In this document: one piece after another, positions 9,197-17,316 of the stretch
How positions within the stretch are numbered: the stretch's first letter is position 1
Layout: each line of letters begins with the position of its first letter
From: Klebsiella phage KP2025
Strand: one strand, 5' to 3'
Length of the DNA stretch: 64,000 nucleotides
Sequence record: PP919962.1
The notes under the pieces: generated by a model
Told to the model about the DNA's origin: nothing
Database searches by the model: none
What the model saw: the letters and a program-made list of their open reading frames with translations, nothing else
Position numbers and translations under genes: made by a program

Positions 9197-9424
9197 ATGG
9201 CAAAGTCAAAAGGTTTTAACGGTCACAAAAACTGGAATCATTGGAACGTTTCATTATGGATCAATAATGACGAGGGATTATACCGCCTTGCAATGAATTG
9301 CATTTCATCCACTGACAACCGCGACGAAGCCGCCGCCAAAATGTTGCGCAGCGTGAGCAAGAAAACGCCGGACGGCGCACCGTACAGCAAAACCACGATC
9401 CGCGCTGCGATGGTTGGAATGTAG
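9197..9424 (+). CDS. hypothetical protein
   Basis: TTGACA-N17-TAATAT promoter at about 9113 and GGCGG..CCGCC hairpin upstream. Confidence 0.55.
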   Translation: MAKSKGFNGHKNWNHWNVSLWINNDEGLYRLAMNCISSTDNRDEAAAKMLRSVSKKTPDGAPYSKTTIRAAMVGM

Positions 9425-9451
9425 AAAAATCGTCAATCTTATAAAATAAGG

Positions 9452-9507
9452 TTGACAACCTTCTAAAATAAAGTAAACTGTTAATCAAGGCGGGAATAGT
9501 TCCCGCC
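9452..9507 (+). promoter_or_regulatory. promoter plus 5' UTR stem-loop module
   Basis: TTGACA 9452, TAAACT -10, hairpin GGCGGGAATAGTTCCCGCC. Confidence 0.6.
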
Positions 9508-9526
9508 ACAACAAAGAGAGAAAATT

Positions 9527-9688
9527 ATGATTGCCATGAATACTCGCGAAGCCGCTCGCAACGTAGCCCGTAAAGTTAACGCCGTTGCACCTGCTAAATT
9601 GAAAGCACCAGTGAAAGGCGAAAACGGCTGGATCTTCCCTGGCTTGTCTCATGCTGACGGAAAAGGCACCTTGAGCCTGAAAAAATAA
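9527..9688 (+). CDS. small hypothetical protein (53 aa)
   Basis: Leader AAAGAGAGAAAATT ATG identical in style to 7945 gene. Confidence 0.45.
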   Translation: MIAMNTREAARNVARKVNAVAPAKLKAPVKGENGWIFPGLSHADGKGTLSLKK

Positions 9689-9689
9689 G

Positions 9690-9726
9690 TTGACTTTTCG
9701 TTATGCCGTGCTATCCTGTACGGCAT
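9690..9726 (+). promoter_or_regulatory. promoter with -10 inside hairpin loop
   Basis: AAAAATAAG TTGACTTTTCG then ATGCCGT-GCTATCCTGT-ACGGCAT. Confidence 0.5.
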
Positions 9727-9781
9727 AGAGAAAAAGAAACATCCGGCAATAATGCCAAAATCATCAATAAAGGAGATAAAC

Positions 9782-10027
9782 ATGACTACTACTAACCTGC
9801 TGAAAACCCCGCGTATCGGTGATTCTGTATTCATTGGTTTTGCCACTAATGGGGACGGCAAAATGGTTAAAGGTGGCGCTGAAATTCCGTTCGATAAGGT
9901 GGCGGCAATCTACGCCGAAACTTCCACCACTAAGGACGGCAAAATCATGCATCATGTACGCACAGCAAGCGGCGACGCCGTTGCAGTGATCGGTTGTTCA
10001 AAAAACTACTGGCACGCTGTTAAATAA
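9782..10027 (+). CDS. hypothetical protein
   Basis: AAAGGAGATAAAC ATG. Confidence 0.55.
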   Translation: MTTTNLLKTPRIGDSVFIGFATNGDGKMVKGGAEIPFDKVAAIYAETSTTKDGKIMHHVRTASGDAVAVIGCSKNYWHAVK

Positions 10028-10033
10028 ATATCG

Positions 10034-10070
10034 TTGACTTTTCGTTATAGCGTCCTATAATGGGCGCTAT
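10034..10070 (+). promoter_or_regulatory. promoter with TATAAT inside hairpin loop
   Basis: TTGACTTTTCG...TATAGCG-TCCTATAATGG-GCGCTATA. Confidence 0.55.
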
Positions 10071-10108
10071 AGAGAAGAGAAACTAGCCCAACAAAAGAGA
10101 GTAAGAAA

Positions 10109-10282
10109 ATGGAAATTATCGCAGAACTTAGAATAAAAGGTATCGATCCGGTCATTATGACTTATGAGGATCTGCAATATACCGTAACATATGGTGAACA
10201 ATCTGAAACTTACGATTATTACGATGAAGCGGAGCAGGCTTTTAACGCGTTTGCCGAGATTGCCCTAGATGAATATCGTTAA
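10109..10282 (+). CDS. small acidic hypothetical protein (57 aa)
   Basis: AAGAGAGTAAGAAA ATG. Confidence 0.5.
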   Translation: MEIIAELRIKGIDPVIMTYEDLQYTVTYGEQSETYDYYDEAEQAFNAFAEIALDEYR

Positions 10283-10289
10283 AAATAAG

Positions 10290-10326
10290 TTGACTTTCTG
10301 TGATGCCCCTTTATAATAAGGGGCAT
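10290..10326 (+). promoter_or_regulatory. promoter with TATAAT inside hairpin loop
   Basis: TTGACTTTCTG then ATGCCCCTT-TATAAT-AAGGGGCAT. Confidence 0.55.
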
Positions 10327-10362
10327 TGAAGAGAGAAGACCAACAATCTAACGAGGTGTAAA

Positions 10363-10584
10363 ATGGTTACATTTGCAATTATTTCCCTGGTGGCTGGCAA
10401 CGTGTTTATCAATGATACTTTCGCGGCGGATGATAGCAAGCCAGGAGAAATCAGCACAGCTTATGCAGATTGTAAAGCCGCTGAACGTATGTTATCGCCT
10501 TGCCTGCTGATGAGTGAACGCGAGGACGGGAAAATCGTATTCACCAACGTTGAAACCTGGTATCAATTGGTAGTTGCAAAATAA
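10363..10584 (+). CDS. small secreted protein (signal-peptide-like N-terminus)
   Basis: Hydrophobic N-terminus ending FAADD. Confidence 0.5.
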   Translation: MVTFAIISLVAGNVFINDTFAADDSKPGEISTAYADCKAAERMLSPCLLMSEREDGKIVFTNVETWYQLVVAK

Positions 10585-10632
10585 ATTTCATCTGATAGAA
10601 TACTGACATCACTTAAGTAAAAGGGAAATAAT

Positions 10633-10860
10633 ATGAAACGCAAAATCACTATTTCTTATGAGTGGACGCAAGCAGATGGTAGTGAAGTACTGGATCACCA
10701 CAAAGAGTACTTGGAAGAGTCAGCCGATGAGCGTATCCGGGAACAGATTGGAGCAGGTTGTATTAAGGGGCAATTGCTCGACAACATCCACACGCAGGAA
10801 GATCCCGACGACCACGAAGGGACAGAGTATAAAGGTTGGTGGACTTTAATTATCGAGTAA
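10633..10860 (+). CDS. hypothetical acidic protein
   Basis: AAAGGGAAATAAT ATG. Confidence 0.5.
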   Translation: MKRKITISYEWTQADGSEVLDHHKEYLEESADERIREQIGAGCIKGQLLDNIHTQEDPDDHEGTEYKGWWTLIIE

Positions 10861-10947
10861 AATTAGTGGCAAAATAAATTTAGTACTTTATAATACTTAC
10901 CTACAGACAGATAGTCTGTTCTTATTTGACTACAACAGAGTAATGAA

Positions 10948-11100
10948 ATGAATCCTAATCATAAAATGATGATGGAAGCAAGCCGTTTTATCAATAAAAC
11001 AGAAAAAAGAAAATGTTTTGTTTTATGTCTCATAACGCTTGCAATTGGTTTAGCTTGTGTTATTATTACTTACGCTGATTTATCAAATACCACTAAATAA
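10948..11100 (+). CDS. small membrane protein (50 aa)
   Basis: ORF with one TM segment; weak RBS. Confidence 0.35.
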   Translation: MNPNHKMMMEASRFINKTEKRKCFVLCLITLAIGLACVIITYADLSNTTK

Positions 11101-11111
11101 GAGATAAGATT

Positions 11112-11468
11112 ATGAATAACATCCTGATCGAGAAACGCGCCGAACTGCTGGAAGTTAAACAGGCTATCTATGCAAAACAGAGGGAGATCCGCAACTTCTC
11201 TTATGAGTCAACTGATGATGAGTATGATTCTTATTTGGATGGATGCTATGGCGATCTTGACGTTTGCGGCAGCACTTTCAGCGCGTCCTATGCTCTTAAA
11301 AACCTTGACCCTACGGCGTACCGTTGCGGCAAGTCAGATTATGACAGCGAAAAAGATCTTGACGATGTGCCGGAGTATGTTACACTCACGGAAGAGCTGG
11401 AAGAGCTGGAAGAGCTGGAAAGCGATCTTGAAAGTGAGATTGAAGAGCTGGAAGAGAGCGAAGAATAA
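11112..11468 (+). CDS. highly acidic coiled-coil protein
   Basis: C-terminal EELEELEELESDLESEIEELEESEE. Confidence 0.55.
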   Translation: MNNILIEKRAELLEVKQAIYAKQREIRNFSYESTDDEYDSYLDGCYGDLDVCGSTFSASYALKNLDPTAYRCGKSDYDSEKDLDDVPEYVTLTEELEELEELESDLESEIEELEESEE

Positions 11469-11560
11469 TTTTAAAAACAGGTTGACACGGTAGACGGTTT
11501 AAAGTAGATTAGTATTCAAGGGGGAGCGGTTCCCCCCACTAACAACAAAGGCGATACATC

Positions 11561-11932
11561 ATGAAATCAGCAGAGAAAATTAAATCTTACATCCTGGCGG
11601 CGATTGATTTTGAAGGTGAGAACGGCAAAACGTTTACCACCGAGGGAGAGAAGATCACCGAACTGATGCGCCGCTTTAAATGTGAATATTGGTATCCAGC
11701 AAATCAGCAGCGCTACGGCACCATGACAAAAGCAATGGCCTCGTGGTTGCAGGGATTGCCGAGTGAAATCGGCATTGCATTCTATTATGATGAGATTGAT
11801 TCTCTTTTGATTGAGTGGGGTTATCTGAAACATACTAGCCGCGAAGCAACAATTGACCGCGAGCGGGATCAATACTGGCTTTATCTGGCAGGTTCACTAA
11901 TGAGCCTTGCGAAGCGGTATAATCTAGCTTGA
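11561..11932 (+). CDS. hypothetical protein
   Basis: Promoter TTGACA 11484 and GGGGGAGCGGTTCCCCCC hairpin upstream. Confidence 0.6.
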   Translation: MKSAEKIKSYILAAIDFEGENGKTFTTEGEKITELMRRFKCEYWYPANQQRYGTMTKAMASWLQGLPSEIGIAFYYDEIDSLLIEWGYLKHTSREATIDRERDQYWLYLAGSLMSLAKRYNLA

Positions 11933-12008
11933 GATTGAATCTGGCATAAGATACACAATAAGAGCGGCAGCAATGCCGCTAACATTAAAATAAAACGAGG
12001 GTTTAAAA

Positions 12009-12143
12009 ATGAATGGTAGCCACCACGTCGAAAAAATGGCAAGCGATAAACAGCGAAAAGCATGGGACGATGAAACCGGGCGCAAAGGAGACAAGCGCAA
12101 CAAAACAAAACGAGATCGAAGTCAAAAACGGAATTGGGAATAA
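12009..12143 (+). CDS. small highly basic protein (44 aa)
   Basis: K/R-rich; followed directly by a terminator. Confidence 0.4.
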   Translation: MNGSHHVEKMASDKQRKAWDDETGRKGDKRNKTKRDRSQKRNWE

Positions 12144-12146
12144 TAA

Positions 12147-12178
12147 GGAGGGGCGCTGAATGCGCCTCTTTCCGTTTA
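12147..12178 (+). terminator. rho-independent terminator
   Basis: AGGGGCGC-TGAA-TGCGCCTCT then TTCCGTTT. Confidence 0.55.
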
Positions 12179-12260
12179 TACAGCGTTTTCTATAGTGAGC
12201 CATACAAACACCAGGGAGCACCATAAAAACCGCTTAGAACGCATTACAGGAGCTTAGACA

Positions 12261-12443
12261 ATGACATTAGAACAGATTCAAAAGGCACTAGCCCAGGGCG
12301 GCAGACTTTCAGCACGTTACCGTGATCAATGGGGCTTTATCATTAGCGGCGTGATCCTGGCTATTGAGGGCGGCGACCTGCTGATCGATACCCTGAAAAA
12401 CCGAGTGAAGCCGGAGATGGTGATATCTATCAAGTACCTTTGA
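12261..12443 (+). CDS. hypothetical protein
   Basis: RBS embedded in conserved element copy D (12229-12260). Confidence 0.5.
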   Translation: MTLEQIQKALAQGGRLSARYRDQWGFIISGVILAIEGGDLLIDTLKNRVKPEMVISIKYL

Positions 12444-12534
12444 TTGATAGGTTTAAACGATTAGACACTGCATCGATAATGGCACATAGTGAATACATAA
12501 AGCGGGGCAAAGGCCAGCTAGGGGAGGAAACGAA

Positions 12535-12918
12535 ATGAAAAAATTTATCATCGCCGCTATGCTGGCAGCAGTAAGCGCCAGCGCAGCAGCAGACACCGAG
12601 ATCAACGTGATGAGCGCAAGCCGTGATTTACGCGCCAGCATTGAAAAAATGTTAATTGTATCAGGCGATAATAACGCAACGTTACGATCTTACACCTTAT
12701 CAAAAACCTTTGAGGACGCGCTTGATTCTCAAATGATACCTATTCTCAATAATAACCCTGATGCATCATGCGAGCTTATCGCAGCGCGGATCGCGGAAAA
12801 CGGGCGGCAGAACTACGCGCCTTATCAGGTTAACCCACTTATGACAAGGGCTATCGATAATATGATCGGTAAAATGGTTGTTTATACTATGGCGCGGTGT
12901 TATTACTTAAAGGGTTGA
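12535..12918 (+). CDS. secreted or periplasmic protein
   Basis: GGGGAGGAAACGAA ATG. Signal peptide MKKFIIAAMLAAVSASAAA. Confidence 0.6.
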   Translation: MKKFIIAAMLAAVSASAAADTEINVMSASRDLRASIEKMLIVSGDNNATLRSYTLSKTFEDALDSQMIPILNNNPDASCELIAARIAENGRQNYAPYQVNPLMTRAIDNMIGKMVVYTMARCYYLKG

Positions 12919-12973
12919 CAGGAAGCACTTGATCGATTATCTTTAAGCCAGGCAAACAAAAGGGTAAAGAAAA

Positions 12974-13249
12974 ATGATTCAGGCTAACACTTTAATGATG
13001 TTTCAGGAAGTGCAAAACGCCGCTGTAATGGTTGAGCAATTCCAGGACGGCGACACCATGATCGCCACGTTGAAAGAGAACGCCGAAAGCATCCTAATCA
13101 TTAGCTTGAAAACAGTTTCAAAAGGTTACTACTCCCTTGCTTATCATTTCATTACTAATGATGATGAAACAAGCCAGGATTTTTCCTTGCCTTTCCCGGC
13201 AAATTATGCGCCTTCTTTTGTAGCGGCAATTGTTAATGATGTTTTCTAA
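12974..13249 (+). CDS. hypothetical acidic protein
   Basis: ORF with AAAGGGTAAAGAAAA ATG. Confidence 0.55.
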   Translation: MIQANTLMMFQEVQNAAVMVEQFQDGDTMIATLKENAESILIISLKTVSKGYYSLAYHFITNDDETSQDFSLPFPANYAPSFVAAIVNDVF

Positions 13250-13615
13250 TGGGTAACGAATAAAGAAAGTCAATAGCTTTTCCAGTTATTTTTCATTTTT
13301 GCGTTATGCAAAAAAGTGAATTTAAAGACTTCTCACGCAAGATGATTAAGGGTATGGCAAACGGTTAGAGCCTCTTAGAATGCGTTTTAGAGCGTTTTAG
13401 AGGGTATTGACTTTTCCCGAAATACTCAAAGCGTCTTAAATTTAGTTTCATCGTGTGATTATTTGCATACGGGTGCATTTCTATGCAATTTAGTGAATAA
13501 TGTAAAAATGCAGAATATTACATTCCTCCCTATTGACTACCGCGCCCAATTTGTTATGATTTATCACATAGGGCGGGGCAATAATGCAGCGCCACAAAAT
13601 CCGAAGGATTGCATC

Positions 13616-14074
13616 ATGAATAAATTCTGTGTAGGTCAAAAAGTTATTGATTGTTTCAATGATCGTAAACTGTTAACGATTGTTAAAACTTTTGAATCTG
13701 GTCAAATCGAGCTTGAAAACGGCGTGATCACCTATACGGATCGGGTTCAACGCCAAGAGCATTACCTTGACCATACAAATTACCTGTACCATCATTCTCG
13801 TTTTGGTGATGCTGTATGCATGATCAATGAAGCGTTTCAAGAGTACATTTCAGCACTTGCCGAAATGGGAGATTTATGCTCTTATCCTGGGGAATCTGTT
13901 TTCATAATGAAAGCGCGTACCATGTGCCAAACGTGGATCGACGAAGCCGCCGCGAGGATTGAGCATGGTTTAGCCTGGAAGCGTACAGCAGAACATAATT
14001 TATCACAGTGGTATCGTGTACCGCTTGATCATCACTTCCCATTCCTTAACCCTGAAAATGTGACAGACTACTAA
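13616..14074 (+). CDS. hypothetical protein
   Basis: TTGACT-N16-TATGAT promoter at 13536 plus GGGCGGGGCAATAATGCAGCGCC hairpin. ATG 13616 preferred over the track's upstream start. Confidence 0.55.
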   Translation: MNKFCVGQKVIDCFNDRKLLTIVKTFESGQIELENGVITYTDRVQRQEHYLDHTNYLYHHSRFGDAVCMINEAFQEYISALAEMGDLCSYPGESVFIMKARTMCQTWIDEAAARIEHGLAWKRTAEHNLSQWYRVPLDHHFPFLNPENVTDY

Positions 14075-14083
14075 AAAATAGTG

Positions 14084-14143
14084 TTGACAGCGCCCAATAA
14101 AGGGCGCATAATTCATTACATAAGGCGGGGAGTGGTTCCCCGC
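14084..14143 (+). promoter_or_regulatory. promoter with palindromic spacer plus 5' UTR stem-loop
   Basis: TTGACA, spacer GCGCCCAATAAAGGGCG, CATAAT 14107-14112, hairpin GGCGGGGAGTGGTTCCCCGC. Confidence 0.65.
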
Positions 14144-14161
14144 TAAATGAGAGATTTAATT

Positions 14162-14386
14162 ATGTTCGATTTAGACAGACTGGCAACAGCGATTGAAAAA
14201 GCAGGTGATGCAAAGTATGGCATCCAAGATCATTACTTTATCGGTCAATATCCTGATGGTACTTACTACGGTGTATTGTCTAATAAAGTGAAAAGCCGTA
14301 GCAGCGCCGCGCAACTGCGAAGCCCGGAATTTTTCGAACAAAAAGGCATTAAAGCGATCAAGGTTATGAAGCGTAAAGCTAAATAA
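14162..14386 (+). CDS. hypothetical protein
   Basis: Leader GAGATTTAATT ATG. Confidence 0.5.
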   Translation: MFDLDRLATAIEKAGDAKYGIQDHYFIGQYPDGTYYGVLSNKVKSRSSAAQLRSPEFFEQKGIKAIKVMKRKAK

Positions 14387-14388
14387 AT

Positions 14389-14418
14389 TTGACAACGCGC
14401 CCGGTAAGGGCGCATAAT
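14389..14418 (+). promoter_or_regulatory. promoter with palindromic spacer
   Basis: TTGACA, spacer ACGCGCCCGGTAAGGGCG, CATAAT 14413-14418. Confidence 0.6.
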
Positions 14419-14447
14419 GCTACCAAGTCAATAGCGAGAGCGACAAT

Positions 14448-14684
14448 ATGAAAACGAAAAGCATTCTCATTAACAAAAAATTTCCCAATCGTGTATGGGA
14501 GATCAGCGAAGTGATCAACGCGGGGACGATTGAACAATATAACCGTTTGATCGGGTATATCCGGGAAACTGAATGCGGTTATGTGTGGACTCATTCTGGA
14601 CTAAACCGCGAAAGCGCAAGCTATTTCCCAACAAAACCCCTTGCGCTGGTAGGTTTAAAGCTGGTGCATCAAGATTATAAATAA
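14448..14684 (+). CDS. hypothetical protein
   Basis: ORF after promoter 14389. Confidence 0.55.
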   Translation: MKTKSILINKKFPNRVWEISEVINAGTIEQYNRLIGYIRETECGYVWTHSGLNRESASYFPTKPLALVGLKLVHQDYK

Positions 14685-14691
14685 TTTATTT

Positions 14692-14724
14692 CGCCCCGGG
14701 GCTTGATCTCCCTGGGGCGTTTTG
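14692..14724 (+). terminator. rho-independent terminator overlapping next promoter
   Basis: CGCCCCGGGGCTTGATCTCCCTGGGGCG then TTTT. Confidence 0.6.
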
Positions 14725-14777
14725 CTATCCTTATTTTGTGGGCGGGAATGGTTCCCGACACATAACGGGGATTTAAC

Positions 14778-15077
14778 ATGCAACCTTTACAATTACTTTC
14801 CACTTTACGCGCTATCGCCAACAACACTCTGATCGCTTGCCAGCGCCAGGAGTTTAAACCTGAATTCATCTATAAGAATCATAACCAGCAGTTAGCCACA
14901 ATTGAACAGGCAATTAGTGGTTACAAAATGGGGGTAAAGGTTAACGCGAAATATAAAGCGGAGATCAAGAAAATAACGCTTGCACCAATGAAGGAAAAGA
15001 CCTATTATCTAATCAGCGAGCAGGTGAAAGGCGGCGTAAGCCAGTTAACAAGCGCCATAGAATTTATGAAGCGCTAA
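14778..15077 (+). CDS. hypothetical protein
   Basis: Preceded by GGGCGGGAATGGTTCCCGAC hairpin. Confidence 0.55.
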   Translation: MQPLQLLSTLRAIANNTLIACQRQEFKPEFIYKNHNQQLATIEQAISGYKMGVKVNAKYKAEIKKITLAPMKEKTYYLISEQVKGGVSQLTSAIEFMKR

Positions 15078-15117
15078 CAATCCAGGAGGGCGGCAGCAAT
15101 GCCGCCAACAATGAAGA

Positions 15118-15381
15118 ATGAAAAACATCATTTACCGATTGACAAAACGCAACATTCTGATCGCTACTGTGATCGCTTGCCTTTTCGCTTTCGTTAGTAA
15201 CGCAACGTTTAACGCTGTGGGCGGGATGATGTTTAACGCTGGCAACGTTTCAACAGCTAACACAATGATCGACCTTTTGCAACTTTTCTTTTATGTTGCC
15301 TTTCGTTTAAAAATAGCTTGCAAACTGGATCGCTATGATGTACCTTTTATTTGTGGCGGCGTGATAGCTATTGTATGTTAA
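15118..15381 (+). CDS. membrane protein
   Basis: Hydrophobic. Preceded by GGCGGCAGCAATGCCGCC hairpin. Confidence 0.5.
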   Translation: MKNIIYRLTKRNILIATVIACLFAFVSNATFNAVGGMMFNAGNVSTANTMIDLLQLFFYVAFRLKIACKLDRYDVPFICGGVIAIVC

Positions 15382-15394
15382 CCGGAGTAAAAAC

Positions 15395-15688
15395 ATGTTA
15401 AGATCTAACAAAAATTTAAAATTACGTCAATCCCTCGTTAATATGGCGATCAGTGTTGAGCCGTACAAACGAAAAGAGCCTAAGCAAGATATGCGAGGAC
15501 GGAAAACAACCTGGACAGATCAACAGGTATTAGAGATCCGGGCCTTACATAAATATGGCGGCATGTTACCCGCCGAAATTGCAGAACGTTACAACACGAC
15601 AAAAGGCGCAATAAATAGCTTGCTTTCTTATGTAACCCGCGTACACTTAGAGCCAGAAAGAAAACATTTACCAGCGAGAGAGGCTTGA
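15395..15688 (+). CDS. small helix-turn-helix protein (possible transcription regulator)
   Basis: CCGGAG RBS then ATG 15395. HTH-like GGMLPAEIAERYNTTKGAINSLLS. Confidence 0.5.
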   Translation: MLRSNKNLKLRQSLVNMAISVEPYKRKEPKQDMRGRKTTWTDQQVLEIRALHKYGGMLPAEIAERYNTTKGAINSLLSYVTRVHLEPERKHLPAREA

Positions 15689-15763
15689 CAATAGCAGCGG
15701 GTCTGGTAAAGTGTATCACGTAGGCCGAGGAATAAGCCGAAGCCCGTCAAAGAGGTTAGAAAC

Positions 15764-15961
15764 ATGTTTACTTACTTGCTAATTAATGATTCATCTAATG
15801 AAGTGGTACATACTGATAAACCATCTTTACCGGGTTTTCGTCATTTTGGTAAATATGAAAATTGCAAGCAAATTTCGTGCTTTACTGGAAAGGTCATTTC
15901 CACCGTTGAGGATGATTTGGAAATCCTCACAAAAATTTGTAACTTGCGTTTAACTAAATAG
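15764..15961 (+). CDS. hypothetical protein
   Basis: TTGACA 15676 promoter and AAGAGGTTAGAAAC ATG. Confidence 0.45.
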   Translation: MFTYLLINDSSNEVVHTDKPSLPGFRHFGKYENCKQISCFTGKVISTVEDDLEILTKICNLRLTK

Positions 15962-15963
15962 GA

Positions 15964-16356
15964 ATGATTCTCATGTCCAACTTCGATATCTTTTTAGCGG
16001 CTTATATTGAGGCTATGTTGTGGAGTAGTAGCGGGACAACCCCGGACGGGGAAGATCTGGAAAGTCTGGAAGGGTTCGAACTTTCCACCGAAGCAAAACG
16101 CAAGGCAAAGGAAGAATGCGAACAATTCTTATTTGTATCACAGATCCTTTTCCTGGGGCTGCCTGAATGGTACGGAAAAGGCGACGGCGGGATCTATACT
16201 TATGCGGGGCATGATTTTTGGCTTACTCGCAACGGTCACGGCGCTGGATTCTGGGATCGTGGGCTTGAGGATATAGGCGACCGCTTAACAGAAGTTAGTA
16301 AAACTTTTGGGGAGCTTGATCCATACATTGGCGACGATGGGAAAATTTATTTTTAA
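15964..16356 (+). CDS. hypothetical protein
   Basis: Start region carries the GAATGATTCTCAT motif. Alternative ATG 15973. Confidence 0.5.
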   Translation: MILMSNFDIFLAAYIEAMLWSSSGTTPDGEDLESLEGFELSTEAKRKAKEECEQFLFVSQILFLGLPEWYGKGDGGIYTYAGHDFWLTRNGHGAGFWDRGLEDIGDRLTEVSKTFGELDPYIGDDGKIYF

Positions 16357-16441
16357 AAACGCTTGCAACGCTGATCGCCGTTTGCTATAGTTACTTTGAA
16401 GGGCGGGAACTTCTCCCGCTCAATCCTCAAAGGGTAAGAAA

Positions 16442-16705
16442 ATGGAAATCATCCTGGAACGTTACACCGTCAAAGAAACTGGCCTGATCGCTTTCAAACG
16501 TTTGGTAGTGGTTCAAAATGCAAATGGACTCTTTGAGGTTGTTAAAGAAGTTGATTATGGTCGGGGCGCTGGTGTGACAGTGGCAAAGATGCCTATCAAG
16601 CCTTATAAAACCCGTAAGGGCGCAGAAAAGGCGATGCAAGCCTATCAGCCTAAACGCTATCAAATGACCCTAGTCGAGGGTTTAATGATGGAAGGTAAAA
16701 TCTAA
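16442..16705 (+). CDS. hypothetical protein
   Basis: TTGCAA-N17-TATAGT promoter 16369 and GGGCGGGAACTTCTCCCGC hairpin upstream. Confidence 0.55.
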   Translation: MEIILERYTVKETGLIAFKRLVVVQNANGLFEVVKEVDYGRGAGVTVAKMPIKPYKTRKGAEKAMQAYQPKRYQMTLVEGLMMEGKI

Positions 16706-16751
16706 CAATTCAGGGGAGCCGCTACGGTTCCCCATCTTTGGAATAATAAAA

Positions 16752-16946
16752 ATGACTAGTAGCGAAGAAATTAGAAAAGCCATAGCTGTTTTACGCTATC
16801 ATAACCGATTAAAGGTTATTAATGACCCTGATTATGTAGGATCAACATTTGAGGCGGATACATTGGACAGTATATCATCGTTAGCAGAGTTACATAAACG
16901 TATGACCGAAAGTAACAGATCGGATTTTATCGGTGGGGAAATATAA
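16752..16946 (+). CDS. hypothetical protein
   Basis: Preceded by GGGGAGCCGCTACGGTTCCCC hairpin. Confidence 0.45.
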   Translation: MTSSEEIRKAIAVLRYHNRLKVINDPDYVGSTFEADTLDSISSLAELHKRMTESNRSDFIGGEI

Positions 16947-16947
16947 T

Positions 16948-17274
16948 ATGATTATCTTTTGCAACATTCTCAAAAAGTATGTTTTCCAAATGTCAAGTTT
17001 TCGTGTCTATTGGTCTAAGCGTGGACACTACACTGCCAGCAGTAAAGCGGGAGCTATGCCAGGCACTGGAAACGGAGAGATCGAAAGCACAGGAGCCACA
17101 ACAGGAGAGGCCGTTAAAAACTTACATTTAGCCTTGATCCAACGTAGAGCAGCATTGCAAGCCAAAATTGAAGAGGTGGAGGAAGCAATGTATCAAGTCT
17201 CCCGTAATGGATGGAAAGCAGAGGATTTGTTATTGTTACCGAAAGAAGGCGAGATCGGCAGCAAGAAACGCTAA
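16948..17274 (+). CDS. hypothetical protein
   Basis: GGGGA RBS then ATG 16948 (track GTG 16933). Confidence 0.45.
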   Translation: MIIFCNILKKYVFQMSSFRVYWSKRGHYTASSKAGAMPGTGNGEIESTGATTGEAVKNLHLALIQRRAALQAKIEEVEEAMYQVSRNGWKAEDLLLLPKEGEIGSKKR

Positions 17275-17288
17275 AATCTTTACAATTC

Positions 17289-17316
17289 CAGGGCTTGCTT
17301 TTTGCCCTGGTTTTGC
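17289..17316 (+). terminator. rho-independent terminator
   Basis: CCAGGGCTTGCTTTTTGCCCTGG then TTTT. Confidence 0.6.

Noticed and set aside
9261-9509. 82 aa minus-strand ORF
   Set aside because: Antisense to plus-strand genes and to the promoter-hairpin module. No RBS, Arg/Cys-rich.
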